A DNA stretch of 42,508 nt from a virus. This document shows positions 8,143 to 16,379 of this stretch, piece by piece (the first letter of the stretch is position 1; each line of letters opens with the position of its first letter). Both the position numbers and the translations under genes were made by a program. The notes beneath the pieces are model-generated. The model worked only from the letters and a program-made list of their open reading frames with translations, did no database searches and was not told the origin of the DNA. The stretch spans positions 1 to 42,508 of the IMG/VR virus record IMGVR_UViG_3300027852_000018. One strand, 5' to 3'.

Positions 8143-8587
8143 AGCCCCTCACCTCTACCTCACATGTCTCACCTCGTTCCAATGCCGCACTCACAGCTTG
8201 ATACAGCCTCTTGAATGCCGTCCCGCTATTTGATAAAAACCCTCTGGATGTTGTTAGGTTATTGATCCCATCCCCTACAAGCAGGCACCCATCGGTGTTG
8301 TCATCTTCATTGCCAATATGGATGTATACGTACTTGAATTCAGGTACGTTCTGGAGATGTAGGTGATATTTAAACCAGGGGTATTTCGCTCTATATTGCT
8401 CTGTTTTTGGGGAGAGTATTATGCGGTAGTTTAGTGGGTACGTGCCCTCTGGAATTCTGGTCTCACCCGGTACTTTTTGGGCCTGCTCCTGATCTTCAAG
8501 GCCATATGAAAAGAACTCTCCGTCAATCAGCACAATTGATGCTGTTGCCTGGCCATTCTCGCTATAACGTATAAATGATATTTTCAT
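8132..8587 (-). CDS. Putative cell-wall hydrolase, endolysin candidate (DUF5675-like)
   Basis: Motif IHIGNEDDNTDGCLLVG resembles the His/Cys site of YkuD-type L,D-peptidase folds. First gene of the lysis cassette. Confidence 0.4.
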   Translation of the reverse strand: MKISFIRYSENGQATASIVLIDGEFFSYGLEDQEQAQKVPGETRIPEGTYPLNYRIILSPKTEQYRAKYPWFKYHLHLQNVPEFKYVYIHIGNEDDNTDGCLLVGDGINNLTTSRGFLSNSGTAFKRLYQAVSAALERGETCEVEVRGFAG

Positions 8588-8688
8588 AGCCCCTCCAAGT
8601 CGCCGCCCGCTTGATCAGGGATGAAAGGGGCATCCCACGGACGGCATGTTCTTATTTTAACTTATTGTTATTATATTTCAAGTTATTG

Positions 8689-9051
8689 CTATTCCCTTAA
8701 ATCCAATGTCTTCTTGCCAGATATGAAATCATCAAGACCGCATTTATCTGTCACCAATTTTATACTTTCTAATCTATTTGCTAATTGCAGGGCTGTGTTT
8801 ATGCTGTTTACTATTACCCTTAAGCCCTGCCAATCAGAGTGGAATATTTCCTGAACATCAGTCAGCTTTTGCTCACTTGGGTACTTGTTGCCGTCTTTTA
8901 TTTCAACCAGGCAATTAATCCCTTTCCTGGATATCATAATATCGGTCATCCCATCGCCTACCGCTGACAATATCACGACCGTATAGCCCATGCGTCTGAA
9001 ACACTTCACAATTTCGGTTTGATTATCATCAATACGTGCGGCGCGTCTCAA
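8689..9051 (-). CDS. PD-(D/E)xK nuclease, Holliday-junction-resolvase-like
   Basis: DDNQTEIV...GMTDIMIS...CLVEIK (D...ExK). TTG start overlaps the upstream stop (TTGA). Last early gene before lysis, as for lambdoid resolvases. Confidence 0.5.
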   Translation of the reverse strand: MRRAARIDDNQTEIVKCFRRMGYTVVILSAVGDGMTDIMISRKGINCLVEIKDGNKYPSEQKLTDVQEIFHSDWQGLRVIVNSINTALQLANRLESIKLVTDKCGLDDFISGKKTLDLRE

Positions 9052-9206
9052 TGTTGCCCCTCATAAATCTCATTAAAATATTCTAATTCATCCCTGCTCA
9101 TTGGCGTATCCCTGTTTTTAGTTAAGTATTTAAGAAATTCTATATCGTCCTGACTTGTTACAGTTTCGAGCAATGCAGCTAATCTTTCCCGCTGCTCAGT
9201 AGTCAC
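9048..9206 (-). CDS. Hypothetical protein (52 aa, below track cutoff)
   Basis: GTG 9206 overlaps the upstream TGA (GTGA) and its own stop overlaps the next TTG start. I checked that the frame is open. Confidence 0.45.
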   Translation of the reverse strand: MTTEQRERLAALLETVTSQDDIEFLKYLTKNRDTPMSRDELEYFNEIYEGQH

Positions 9207-9433
9207 TTTGTTATACGCTCCCTGTAAAAGCGCTCATTAGCATAGTAAAATGTTTCGCCATCGTGTATTTCTTTTTGTAGAAGTATATTGTGTACACCCC
9301 AGCATAAACGATAAAATGAGTAATAAACAAATTCACCTTGTGGTGTTTTCTCAGGGGTCACAGTCCGGCTTAACAGTCGCAAGAAGTCTAATTGAAGTAG
9401 CTTTTGGTATTCCTCTTCACTTATTCTTATCAT
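9203..9433 (-). CDS. Hypothetical protein (76 aa)
   Basis: ORF in the operon series. No family recognised. Confidence 0.5.
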   Translation of the reverse strand: MIRISEEEYQKLLQLDFLRLLSRTVTPEKTPQGEFVYYSFYRLCWGVHNILLQKEIHDGETFYYANERFYRERITK

Positions 9434-9452
9434 TTTAAATATTCAGCCAGCT

Positions 9453-9749
9453 TTAATCATACATCCCTAATTCTTGTGAGACTTCTGTTAATTCATTTAG
9501 CGCGTCCATTCTTTTTTGCTTTGGTTCCGTTAACCACTTGTTTCGATGGCTAAGGCTACCCTTGCCGCGCCCGTTTAAATGAAAGCGAGTCCCGCAATTC
9601 TTAAGGATTATAGTCTTTTCAGACTCAAAGCCCCTGCCTGCCTTTGTCTGGGCATAGCGCTCAAACTGTTTCTCTATGGGCTCAAAGGTTGTTGAGTTAA
9701 CCACAACAGTGTCATCTTCTTTTAAATTCAAAAGCCATTCATGACTCAT
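9453..9749 (-). CDS. Hypothetical protein (98 aa), paralog of 13330..13584
   Basis: ATG 9749 with AAGGGGAAG upstream. WLLNLKEDDTVVV...LKNCG..F..NGRGKG....NKWL aligns with the 84-aa protein. Confidence 0.55.
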   Translation of the reverse strand: MSHEWLLNLKEDDTVVVNSTTFEPIEKQFERYAQTKAGRGFESEKTIILKNCGTRFHLNGRGKGSLSHRNKWLTEPKQKRMDALNELTEVSQELGMYD

Positions 9750-10062
9750 TTTCTTCCCCTTCGTAATTTGTTTCGTCACTCCATACTTGCGCCCGATCTG
9801 TCCCCTCGAAATAAAACCCTGTGCTATTGTTTTCAATATCTGGTTTTGATTTTGAAACCTTAACAACTGCCTCAGCTATTGCTATCTGTGCCTTTGCAAG
9901 ATTAAGCAATACCTCTGTCATATCTCCGTTATCAACATGAACATGCGTTGCTGCGTCAACTGAGCAATTGCTTACCTCAACCCCTTTGGTTTTTATTTCA
10001 TCTGCTGAAGCCTTCACAGCGTCCTTAATGTATTGCTCAACTTTAGTTACTTTCTTGGTCAT
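9739..10062 (-). CDS. Hypothetical acidic protein (107 aa)
   Basis: ORF in the operon series. Confidence 0.5.
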   Translation of the reverse strand: MTKKVTKVEQYIKDAVKASADEIKTKGVEVSNCSVDAATHVHVDNGDMTEVLLNLAKAQIAIAEAVVKVSKSKPDIENNSTGFYFEGTDRAQVWSDETNYEGEENES

Positions 10063-10234
10063 TTTCTTCCCCTTTAGCCTTCTTAATTCTGGCTTTGTTT
10101 ATGAATTTATTGTGCGCGTTTATGTCATTCTCGGTTTCACCGTTGCCTAATTGACGTATAATGCCGCCTCGTTCTTTGAAACGCTCTACATCTATCCTGA
10201 GCTTTTCTTTAAGTGCTGCTTTTTCATTAGTCAT
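10043..10234 (-). CDS. Hypothetical protein (63 aa)
   Basis: ATG 10234 overlaps the end of the XRE gene (AATGACTAA). Lys/Glu-rich. Confidence 0.45.
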   Translation of the reverse strand: MTNEKAALKEKLRIDVERFKERGGIIRQLGNGETENDINAHNKFINKARIKKAKGEENDQESN

Positions 10235-10493
10235 TGCCTGGTTCTCTCTCGTGTCCAAAAGTAAATGTTATTATAACCTTTGGTTTTACCCCTAATGCGT
10301 AATATATATCTGAAAGACTGCCAAGGGTCATGTTCCGGGAGCCATTCAAAGCCTGAGAAACGTAAGAACGAGATTTACCTAAACGCCGAGCAAGTTCTTT
10401 TTTGCTTACGCCCATGTCTTCGAGAGATACCAAAATATCTTCAGTTATATTATAGACTAGCTCTTCTCGTGCATATGCCCTTTCATCCGGCAT
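10227..10493 (-). CDS. XRE-family helix-turn-helix regulator
   Basis: GVSKKELARRLGKSRSYVSQALNGSRNMTLGSL is a typical HTH_XRE segment. Confidence 0.7.
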   Translation of the reverse strand: MPDERAYAREELVYNITEDILVSLEDMGVSKKELARRLGKSRSYVSQALNGSRNMTLGSLSDIYYALGVKPKVIITFTFGHEREPGND

Positions 10494-10495
10494 AG

Positions 10496-10693
10496 TTAGT
10501 CATCCTTATCATCATCAAACCAAACGGTTACATAGGATGCAGGCGGCATGATTATACCTATACCGTGTATTGCTTCGCACCTGTAATTTGATTCAAAGTC
10601 ACAATTTGCAAATTTAGCTGCGTTCCATAACCATGGTGCAGCAATGAGAACTACAATCGTTAACACAAAAACACCTGCCATTATATCTTTCAT
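10496..10693 (-). CDS. Small membrane protein (65 aa)
   Basis: N-terminal TM segment GVFVLTIVVLIAAPWLW. Confidence 0.5.
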   Translation of the reverse strand: MKDIMAGVFVLTIVVLIAAPWLWNAAKFANCDFESNYRCEAIHGIGIIMPPASYVTVWFDDDKDD

Positions 10694-10727
10694 AGTTTCA
10701 CCCTTTTGTTAATCATAATTTAATATC

Positions 10728-10979
10728 TCACATAAACACAGCATCAATATTGTAAATATCCAAAACCATGCGTTTTATTTCGCTGCCTGATAGATCGCCG
10801 AACCCCTCAATTGCTTCTTCACCAACAACATTAAATTCAATACCTTCATCCAGGGCTTCGGTTTCGCCCTCAAATAGCCAGAAATTACCTGCCACATGAG
10901 TGCAGTTAATATATAAGTCGTCTCTTGCGCTTTGATCTTTCGTCTCAGCAACTTCGATAAGCTTTACCCAAAATTCCAT
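10728..10979 (-). CDS. Hypothetical acidic protein (83 aa)
   Basis: ORF in the operon series. Confidence 0.5.
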   Translation of the reverse strand: MEFWVKLIEVAETKDQSARDDLYINCTHVAGNFWLFEGETEALDEGIEFNVVGEEAIEGFGDLSGSEIKRMVLDIYNIDAVFM

Positions 10980-10988
10980 ATTTCCCCC

Positions 10989-11423
10989 TTAGTCCTCTTT
11001 CTCATTAGTTAATACTATTCCCTGCTCAGCATATACTTTTTGTATGTGATCAAGGCACCGTCTTAATTGTTTTGTGCTCATTCGGCTTGTTGCTGAAATA
11101 TATGCCATGCTTTTTAGCTGCTGCTCATAAGTAAGATCTTTTATACATGCTTTAAAGAACCCGTTAAACACTGGGTCTTCTGCTCTTAAGATCGGTACAG
11201 CATAATGAAGTTTGCAATAGTTTTTCACTTCAAGCGGCGTTTCACCCTGAGCTTTTGCAATAATCCCAAACCATTTATGAGCCAGTGCGTTTTGATCAAG
11301 CGTCCTCTTTTCTGTGATCTTTACATTAATGACTTTGCCGACTTTATATTTTGATAGCTCTTTCTCTCCCTTTTCATCAATTACACTCAATCCCTGGAGG
11401 TTATCGCGCACCATCATTTTCAT
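10989..11423 (-). CDS. ninB: NinB/Orf-family recombination mediator
   Basis: KRTLDQNALAHKWF...SATSRMSTKQLRRCLDHIQ parallels lambda Orf RSLDQNRKLWA...STSRM... Confidence 0.65.
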   Translation of the reverse strand: MKMMVRDNLQGLSVIDEKGEKELSKYKVGKVINVKITEKRTLDQNALAHKWFGIIAKAQGETPLEVKNYCKLHYAVPILRAEDPVFNGFFKACIKDLTYEQQLKSMAYISATSRMSTKQLRRCLDHIQKVYAEQGIVLTNEKED

Positions 11424-11600
11424 TTATATTTTCCAACAATCAACGCTTGTATTAAACATACGCGAAACCACTACGCATTTAACACCGTCTTCAGGGTTTA
11501 TTACTTCATGCTTTGATACAGTATCCGCAAAAAATGTCCCTAATAACCAGATACCAATAATTACCACAAAGTACACTGCCACATATGTCCAATCTTTCAT
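11424..11600 (-). CDS. Small membrane protein (58 aa, below track cutoff)
   Basis: ATG 11600 with AAGGGGGT upstream. TM segment VAVYFVVIIGIWLLGTFF. Its stop abuts the ninB ATG. Confidence 0.55.
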   Translation of the reverse strand: MKDWTYVAVYFVVIIGIWLLGTFFADTVSKHEVINPEDGVKCVVVSRMFNTSVDCWKI

Positions 11601-11699
11601 GTTACCCCCTTTAGTTATTTAAACACCATCCACACAATAATCTGGATTATCTGCATTGCTACTATTGCCCATATTAGGTCTATTGTTGTTTCCATGTTA

Positions 11700-11897
11700 T
11701 CAATCCATCTTGAGCGCTATAGCTGCGCAGCCAGCAATGCAGATCGCAGTAACGGCCAGCCATGCGTCCCATTCTTGCATAAATAATTGAGTTTCAGTTA
11801 GATGGCTATTCATTAAACGAATCTGCATGATTTTTATAAACGCTACTAAGATCATCAAGTAACCACCAACATTAATAAATACCTCTAATATCTTCAC
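11700..11897 (-). CDS. Small membrane protein (65 aa)
   Basis: Two hydrophobic segments. Confidence 0.5.
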   Translation of the reverse strand: MKILEVFINVGGYLMILVAFIKIMQIRLMNSHLTETQLFMQEWDAWLAVTAICIAGCAAIALKMD

Positions 11898-11917
11898 GCT
11901 TCCCCCTTAATATATGG

Positions 11918-12232
11918 TTAGTTGTCTTTCAAAAGTAATTCAAAAAACCACCTCATTAAAGTTGTATTTTCCGAATATGCCCCTTCTTCTGTCTCAACAT
12001 GAATCTCAGTTGTCTCATGCATTATATAGTCCCCACCTTTCCACCCACTAAAGGTTTTACCTATACTATCTACAGCACAATCAATCATCTCGCCAATAGT
12101 TGTGTCTTCTACAACTTCAAAGGCTAATTCTGCATACACGCCCCTCCATGAGTGTGGATTCCCAAGACCCTTAGGTAACCTTTTTTCTCTTGGGTAGTTT
12201 TCTAGTATTGCAATGTATTCTTGTAGTTCCAT
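11918..12232 (-). CDS. Hypothetical protein (104 aa)
   Basis: GAGGGG upstream. ORF in the series. Confidence 0.55.
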   Translation of the reverse strand: MELQEYIAILENYPREKRLPKGLGNPHSWRGVYAELAFEVVEDTTIGEMIDCAVDSIGKTFSGWKGGDYIMHETTEIHVETEEGAYSENTTLMRWFFELLLKDN

Positions 12233-12262
12233 TTTTTCACCCCTCTATCATTTCGTTAGTTA

Positions 12263-12541
12263 TTACTGCCGCTTAAAAAGCTTCTCAATTTCTATAACAT
12301 CACCGATCAATGAAAATCCAAACACTATTTGGTTTTCTGGCTGGTTGTAATTTGAAACGTATGTAACTTCAACCATTTGCCCTCTCCCTGTCGGTATATG
12401 CGCTTCTGCTCGCTGCTCAATCAAGGTTATCGTGTCACCCTTTTGATAGCCTTTATCCTTATTGTTTCTGATTTCAAAGTTTTTCTCGCCTCTGATAACA
12501 GCCTCAAAGAACGCAGGCAATATTTTTATTTCATGTACCAT
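12263..12541 (-). CDS. DUF3850 / ASCH-like domain protein
   Basis: HEIKILPAFFEAVIRGEKNFEIRNNKDKGYQKGDTITL matches the DUF3850 N-terminal pattern as I recall it. Confidence 0.55.
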   Translation of the reverse strand: MVHEIKILPAFFEAVIRGEKNFEIRNNKDKGYQKGDTITLIEQRAEAHIPTGRGQMVEVTYVSNYNQPENQIVFGFSLIGDVIEIEKLFKRQ

Positions 12542-12579
12542 TATTACCCTCTATCATTTCATTAGTTATCTTCATTAAT

Positions 12580-12774
12580 TTAATAATACTCGTACTCATC
12601 AGATGTTAGTTCTTTACTATAAATGTAGTGCCGTATATCTGTATCTTGGTATTCCCGAACGCCGTTATAACTGCGCACATATACATCATGCTTCCCATCA
12701 GCCCATGATTTTACAATTACACCTATCTGCCCATTATCAACAACAACGACATTACTAAATTGAAAATTACTCAT
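12580..12774 (-). CDS. Hypothetical protein (64 aa)
   Basis: ORF in the series. Confidence 0.5.
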   Translation of the reverse strand: MSNFQFSNVVVVDNGQIGVIVKSWADGKHDVYVRSYNGVREYQDTDIRHYIYSKELTSDEYEYY

Positions 12775-13070
12775 GTTATCTCAACCAACCCTTTCTCAAG
12801 TAATATTAATTGCGTCCTGACCATAGCCTCAAAAAACCAAACCTTTATCTGCTCTTTCGTGTGATACGTTGTGTGCTGGCCGTCTACTATTAAATGGCAT
12901 TCATAACAACCATAAGCCGCGTGTATATCATTAGCCTTTAGAGACCAACCAGCGCCGCCTAAGTGACATAACACGGTAGTGTCTGGATCGAAATTACAAA
13001 AGCCTGGTATCCTGATTTGGCATTCTTGGCCTTTTGCGCTTTTCCTTATTTTAGATGTGCGGCCTTTCAA
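12771..13070 (-). CDS. DUF1364 (YbcO-like) putative nuclease
   Basis: KSAKGQECQIRIPGFCN...VLCHL...AYGCYECH Cys/His pattern. TTG 13070 overlaps the upstream stop (TTGA) with AGGAG 10 nt upstream. The track start 13109 is a GTG without an SD. Confidence 0.55.
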   Translation of the reverse strand: MKGRTSKIRKSAKGQECQIRIPGFCNFDPDTTVLCHLGGAGWSLKANDIHAAYGCYECHLIVDGQHTTYHTKEQIKVWFFEAMVRTQLILLEKGLVEIT

Positions 13071-13321
13071 ATGGTAATCGCTCCTTTCCCGGACTTGGTT
13101 AATTTCCACTTATGCCACGGGTATGCCGATTTAGCAGGTTTTATCATTCCTTTGTCTTTGAGGTTTTTAATAATGTCACACAACCACGGGTTATCGCACA
13201 TATCCCAGGTACTTATTGATGGGTTAATATTTAGCGCATTTAAAACACCTCTTTCGTTTCTATTGGATTTCTTTAAATCAACTATTGAAGCATTTGAAAA
13301 ACTGTCTATATGTATATTCAT
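13067..13321 (-). CDS. Hypothetical protein (84 aa)
   Basis: ORF in the series. Confidence 0.5.
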   Translation of the reverse strand: MNIHIDSFSNASIVDLKKSNRNERGVLNALNINPSISTWDMCDNPWLCDIIKNLKDKGMIKPAKSAYPWHKWKLTKSGKGAITI

Positions 13322-13329
13322 TTTATCCC

Positions 13330-13584
13330 CTAATACCTGCTCTTCTTATCCGCACCCAATGATTTTATTTTTTCATCAGACGCTTTGCTTAACCACTTAT
13401 TAGCTTGCACGCCTTGACCTCGGCCTTTACTTGAGAACGCGCCACCATTTTTAATGCAAATTACTCTTTCTTTGAAGTGGCCTTTTGTTTCTCTTATTCT
13501 ATCGACATAGCGCAGCTCTGTAATTCTGTCAGATTCGACTACTACCGGATCACCTGGTTTTAGATTGTCTAGCCATGTTTTCAT
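13330..13584 (-). CDS. Hypothetical protein (84 aa), paralog of 9453..9749
   Basis: WLDNLKPGDPVVV...IKNGGAFSSKGRGQGVQANKWL. Confidence 0.55.
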   Translation of the reverse strand: MKTWLDNLKPGDPVVVESDRITELRYVDRIRETKGHFKERVICIKNGGAFSSKGRGQGVQANKWLSKASDEKIKSLGADKKSRY

Positions 13585-13585
13585 T

Positions 13586-15259
13586 TTAATAATTAATCTT
13601 TAGATTGGATATTTTATCTAAAGCAATCGCCTTAACTAAATCCTTGGCTTGTTTATCATCTAATCCAAATTCAACGAGTCCTGATACTGCTTCATTATTA
13701 ATTCGCTTTTGGTGATTTTTATTGGCCGCTCGTTTTTCTTCTGCTTTGCGCTCTTGCTCTTCGTCATCAATAAGCTGTTGCTCTAATAGATCAGCCTCAC
13801 GCCTTTCTTTCTCTCGTTCGGCCGCAATAGCTATTTGTTGCGCTTCAAGGGCATCCTGTTTATCCATTTCAGCTTGCTTTATTGCCTGCTCTGCCTCCAC
13901 CTTAGCCTTTGCTTCAGCCAACTGTATTGCCTTGTCTTGAGCTTCTTTTGCCAGCCTTTCCGCTTCAGCTTTCCTATCAGTCTCGGCTTGAATCCTTGAA
14001 TCAACAACTACTTTAAACGGCTCGAATTCATAATTAATAATTGAGCTTGCATCTTTGAATAAGTGCTCATTACCAACCGATTTTAGATATTCTGCGTTCT
14101 TTAACATGCCGTCCATTATTATATTAACTTCTGTTTTTGCTGCGCTTAATGTGCTGTCGATGGCATTCTCGATTGATGATAATTTGCTTTTCCCTCTTAT
14201 TGCTGTGTCAAAATCATTGTCAACTTTTCTAAAGTATTGGATTATATCAAGATCATCTAATCCTATGGCGCGTTTATTGAAATGCTCTGCAAGATTGTTT
14301 TCTGCTTTTTTTATTAGGTCTTCTTTAATTCTTTCCTTCTCCTGCTTTACCTGCTTCTCACCAGAACTTTGCATCTTCTGTAAAACACTATCATATTCTT
14401 TTACTAATTCCTCAAATGCCGCAACTGATTCAAAACCTGCCTTAACATCTGCAACCAGTTTTTTAAGTGATGTCCTGGCCTTTTTAACATCTTTGTTTAA
14501 TTGTTCTTTGTCGGCAAAGTCTTGATCTGTCACCAACTCCTTAACCATTTCTGATGAAGCAATTTCTTTTACAGTAGCCAGGCATTGTTTAAGATTTGAA
14601 ACAACAATAGAATTGTCTACTGAGTATGTCATAATGGGGAATGAATTTGTAACTTCAGCAACCACTTTTATTTCCTCTTTGACTTCATACGTTTCCAGAT
14701 CAATATCGAATCGGCTCCAACCATTTATAATTTTGTCTCGCAGCGATTCATCTGGGTAATACGCCACACAAAGCATATTTTCTTTTGTTCCATCGGAGGC
14801 CATGAATACGGCTTTTTCTGCCCCGCTCACCATCAACTGCTGTTCTAATTGGGGTTTGTATTGATCTGGAATAACATCTTTCTCCAGGCTTTCTTTAAGT
14901 TCTGCATTGATCAGCTTATGCTCCCAAACCACATTATGAAACAATGTTATACCGTCAAAACTTGCAGAGAAAAGACTGTTTTCGAGGCTTCCAGTTAACG
15001 GAAAAAGTTCACTACCCGTTATTTCTTCTGCAAATGGCCTTGCCAGCGCCTCCGCCTTGTGCCCTTCATCAAATCTCTTTTGTAGAAATTCACTAACTGG
15101 TTTTGTTTCGCCTGTTTTTTTTAAGTGTAACAACTCATTTCGAGTCATATACTTTGACATATTAAGCATTGCCGCTGCTTCAGATGCGTTCCTGTATGTT
15201 ACTCTGTGGTCGTGCCAAAGTTTTTCACCCTGCTTCAGTTCGTGTATGATCAATGTCAT
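13586..15259 (-). CDS. YqaJ-type (lambda Exo-like) recombination exonuclease fused to a ~350-aa charged coiled-coil C-terminal region
   Basis: N-terminal 190 aa has SFDGI...WEHK (D...ExK) and the YqaJ pattern. The rest is Glu/Lys/Ala-rich heptad sequence. Directly downstream of bet. Confidence 0.65.
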   Translation of the reverse strand: MTLIIHELKQGEKLWHDHRVTYRNASEAAAMLNMSKYMTRNELLHLKKTGETKPVSEFLQKRFDEGHKAEALARPFAEEITGSELFPLTGSLENSLFSASFDGITLFHNVVWEHKLINAELKESLEKDVIPDQYKPQLEQQLMVSGAEKAVFMASDGTKENMLCVAYYPDESLRDKIINGWSRFDIDLETYEVKEEIKVVAEVTNSFPIMTYSVDNSIVVSNLKQCLATVKEIASSEMVKELVTDQDFADKEQLNKDVKKARTSLKKLVADVKAGFESVAAFEELVKEYDSVLQKMQSSGEKQVKQEKERIKEDLIKKAENNLAEHFNKRAIGLDDLDIIQYFRKVDNDFDTAIRGKSKLSSIENAIDSTLSAAKTEVNIIMDGMLKNAEYLKSVGNEHLFKDASSIINYEFEPFKVVVDSRIQAETDRKAEAERLAKEAQDKAIQLAEAKAKVEAEQAIKQAEMDKQDALEAQQIAIAAEREKERREADLLEQQLIDDEEQERKAEEKRAANKNHQKRINNEAVSGLVEFGLDDKQAKDLVKAIALDKISNLKINY

Positions 15260-15959
15260 TCCCCTTAATATTTTTTACTTTATTTTCTTGTTTTTTGGTT
15301 AGCGGCGTTACAGAGCCAACGGTTTTTAATAATGCGTCAACTGTTGTACGCCCATCTTGCACCGCTTTTTCCCAAATTGGAAAGTTTGTTTTGAATTTTT
15401 CTTCTGGATAATATTCGACTATTTCAGCTTCCTGAATAACCCCAACTTCCTTAAACCGCTCTGCCTCATCGGGGTCAATAATTCCGCTTAATCCAAATGC
15501 GTAACGCCCTGCCTGTATTGCTGCTTTGTGTCTTAACATCCTGGCTGGCCATTTCCTCCATGGCTCAGTATTCTTTTTGCATTCGTCCATATATTCCGTA
15601 ACCTCAACAGGGTATTGGATGCCTTTTTTATGAATACCACATGTTATAGATATAATTTCGCCGTTTTCACTGCGATTATCTGAGAATACCATGCCGTTAA
15701 ATTCAGGATGCGTGTTAATAATTCTTAGCCATCCGTCAATTGAAACAATGGGCTGAATGCCGCCGTTACCTGTAGGGTATGCGTATATTTCTTTCGTAAG
15801 TGGGTTTAGCTTGTATTCGTTGGCAACCGCGACAAAGCTAATAAATTGCTCTATTGTTGCCTTTTGATTCGGCATAACAGAACTCATAATTATGTTCTGC
15901 AATTCATCTTCGTTTATAGCCAGCCGGTTAGCTACTTGCTGTAATGCTGTATTGCTCAT
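15225..15959 (-). CDS. bet: Bet (Red-beta) single-strand annealing protein
   Basis: LNPLTKEIYAYP...VSIDGWLRIIN...WRKWPARMLRHKAAIQAGRYAFGLSGIIDPDEAERF closely parallels lambda Bet. Confidence 0.8.
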   Translation of the reverse strand: MSNTALQQVANRLAINEDELQNIIMSSVMPNQKATIEQFISFVAVANEYKLNPLTKEIYAYPTGNGGIQPIVSIDGWLRIINTHPEFNGMVFSDNRSENGEIISITCGIHKKGIQYPVEVTEYMDECKKNTEPWRKWPARMLRHKAAIQAGRYAFGLSGIIDPDEAERFKEVGVIQEAEIVEYYPEEKFKTNFPIWEKAVQDGRTTVDALLKTVGSVTPLTKKQENKVKNIKGNDIDHTRTEAG

Positions 15960-16107
15960 TATCTCCTTCCCCTTTCACCCGATCATTTTGAAATTGAATT
16001 GTATAGCCTTTATCATAACCCTCTGATTGATCTTGTTTACGTGGCTTACCTTCTTTACAATCATTTAAGCCTTCTACGAAGTCATCTGAATAGAGTACGT
16101 TGCGCAT
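15928..16107 (-). CDS. Hypothetical protein (59 aa, below track cutoff)
   Basis: ATG 16107 with AAGGGGA upstream. I checked that the frame is open. It ends 32 nt inside bet. Confidence 0.5.
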   Translation of the reverse strand: MRNVLYSDDFVEGLNDCKEGKPRKQDQSEGYDKGYTIQFQNDRVKGEGDNEQYSITASS

Positions 16108-16136
16108 GTTATTCCCCTTATGGTTGTTCTGTAGCG

Positions 16137-16376
16137 TTAGCTGTCTACAGCTTCGACAAATGGATATTCTAAAATTTCCGCTACATCATAAGTCTTGTAG
16201 TGCTGGTTATGGCCAAACAGTGAAATCTCTCCCAGAGGCTCACATACGCTACTTACACACTGAGCATTGCCATATCCCTGCATTCCAGAGGATGCTTTCA
16301 TTTTTACAATGCAGTACTTTGTTAGCTTATTTGCTTTAACGCACACAACACCGTTTAAATTAATTTCATCATTCAT
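16137..16376 (-). CDS. Hypothetical protein (79 aa)
   Basis: ORF in the series. Confidence 0.5.
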   Translation of the reverse strand: MNDEINLNGVVCVKANKLTKYCIVKMKASSGMQGYGNAQCVSSVCEPLGEISLFGHNQHYKTYDVAEILEYPFVEAVDS

Positions 16377-16379
16377 GGT

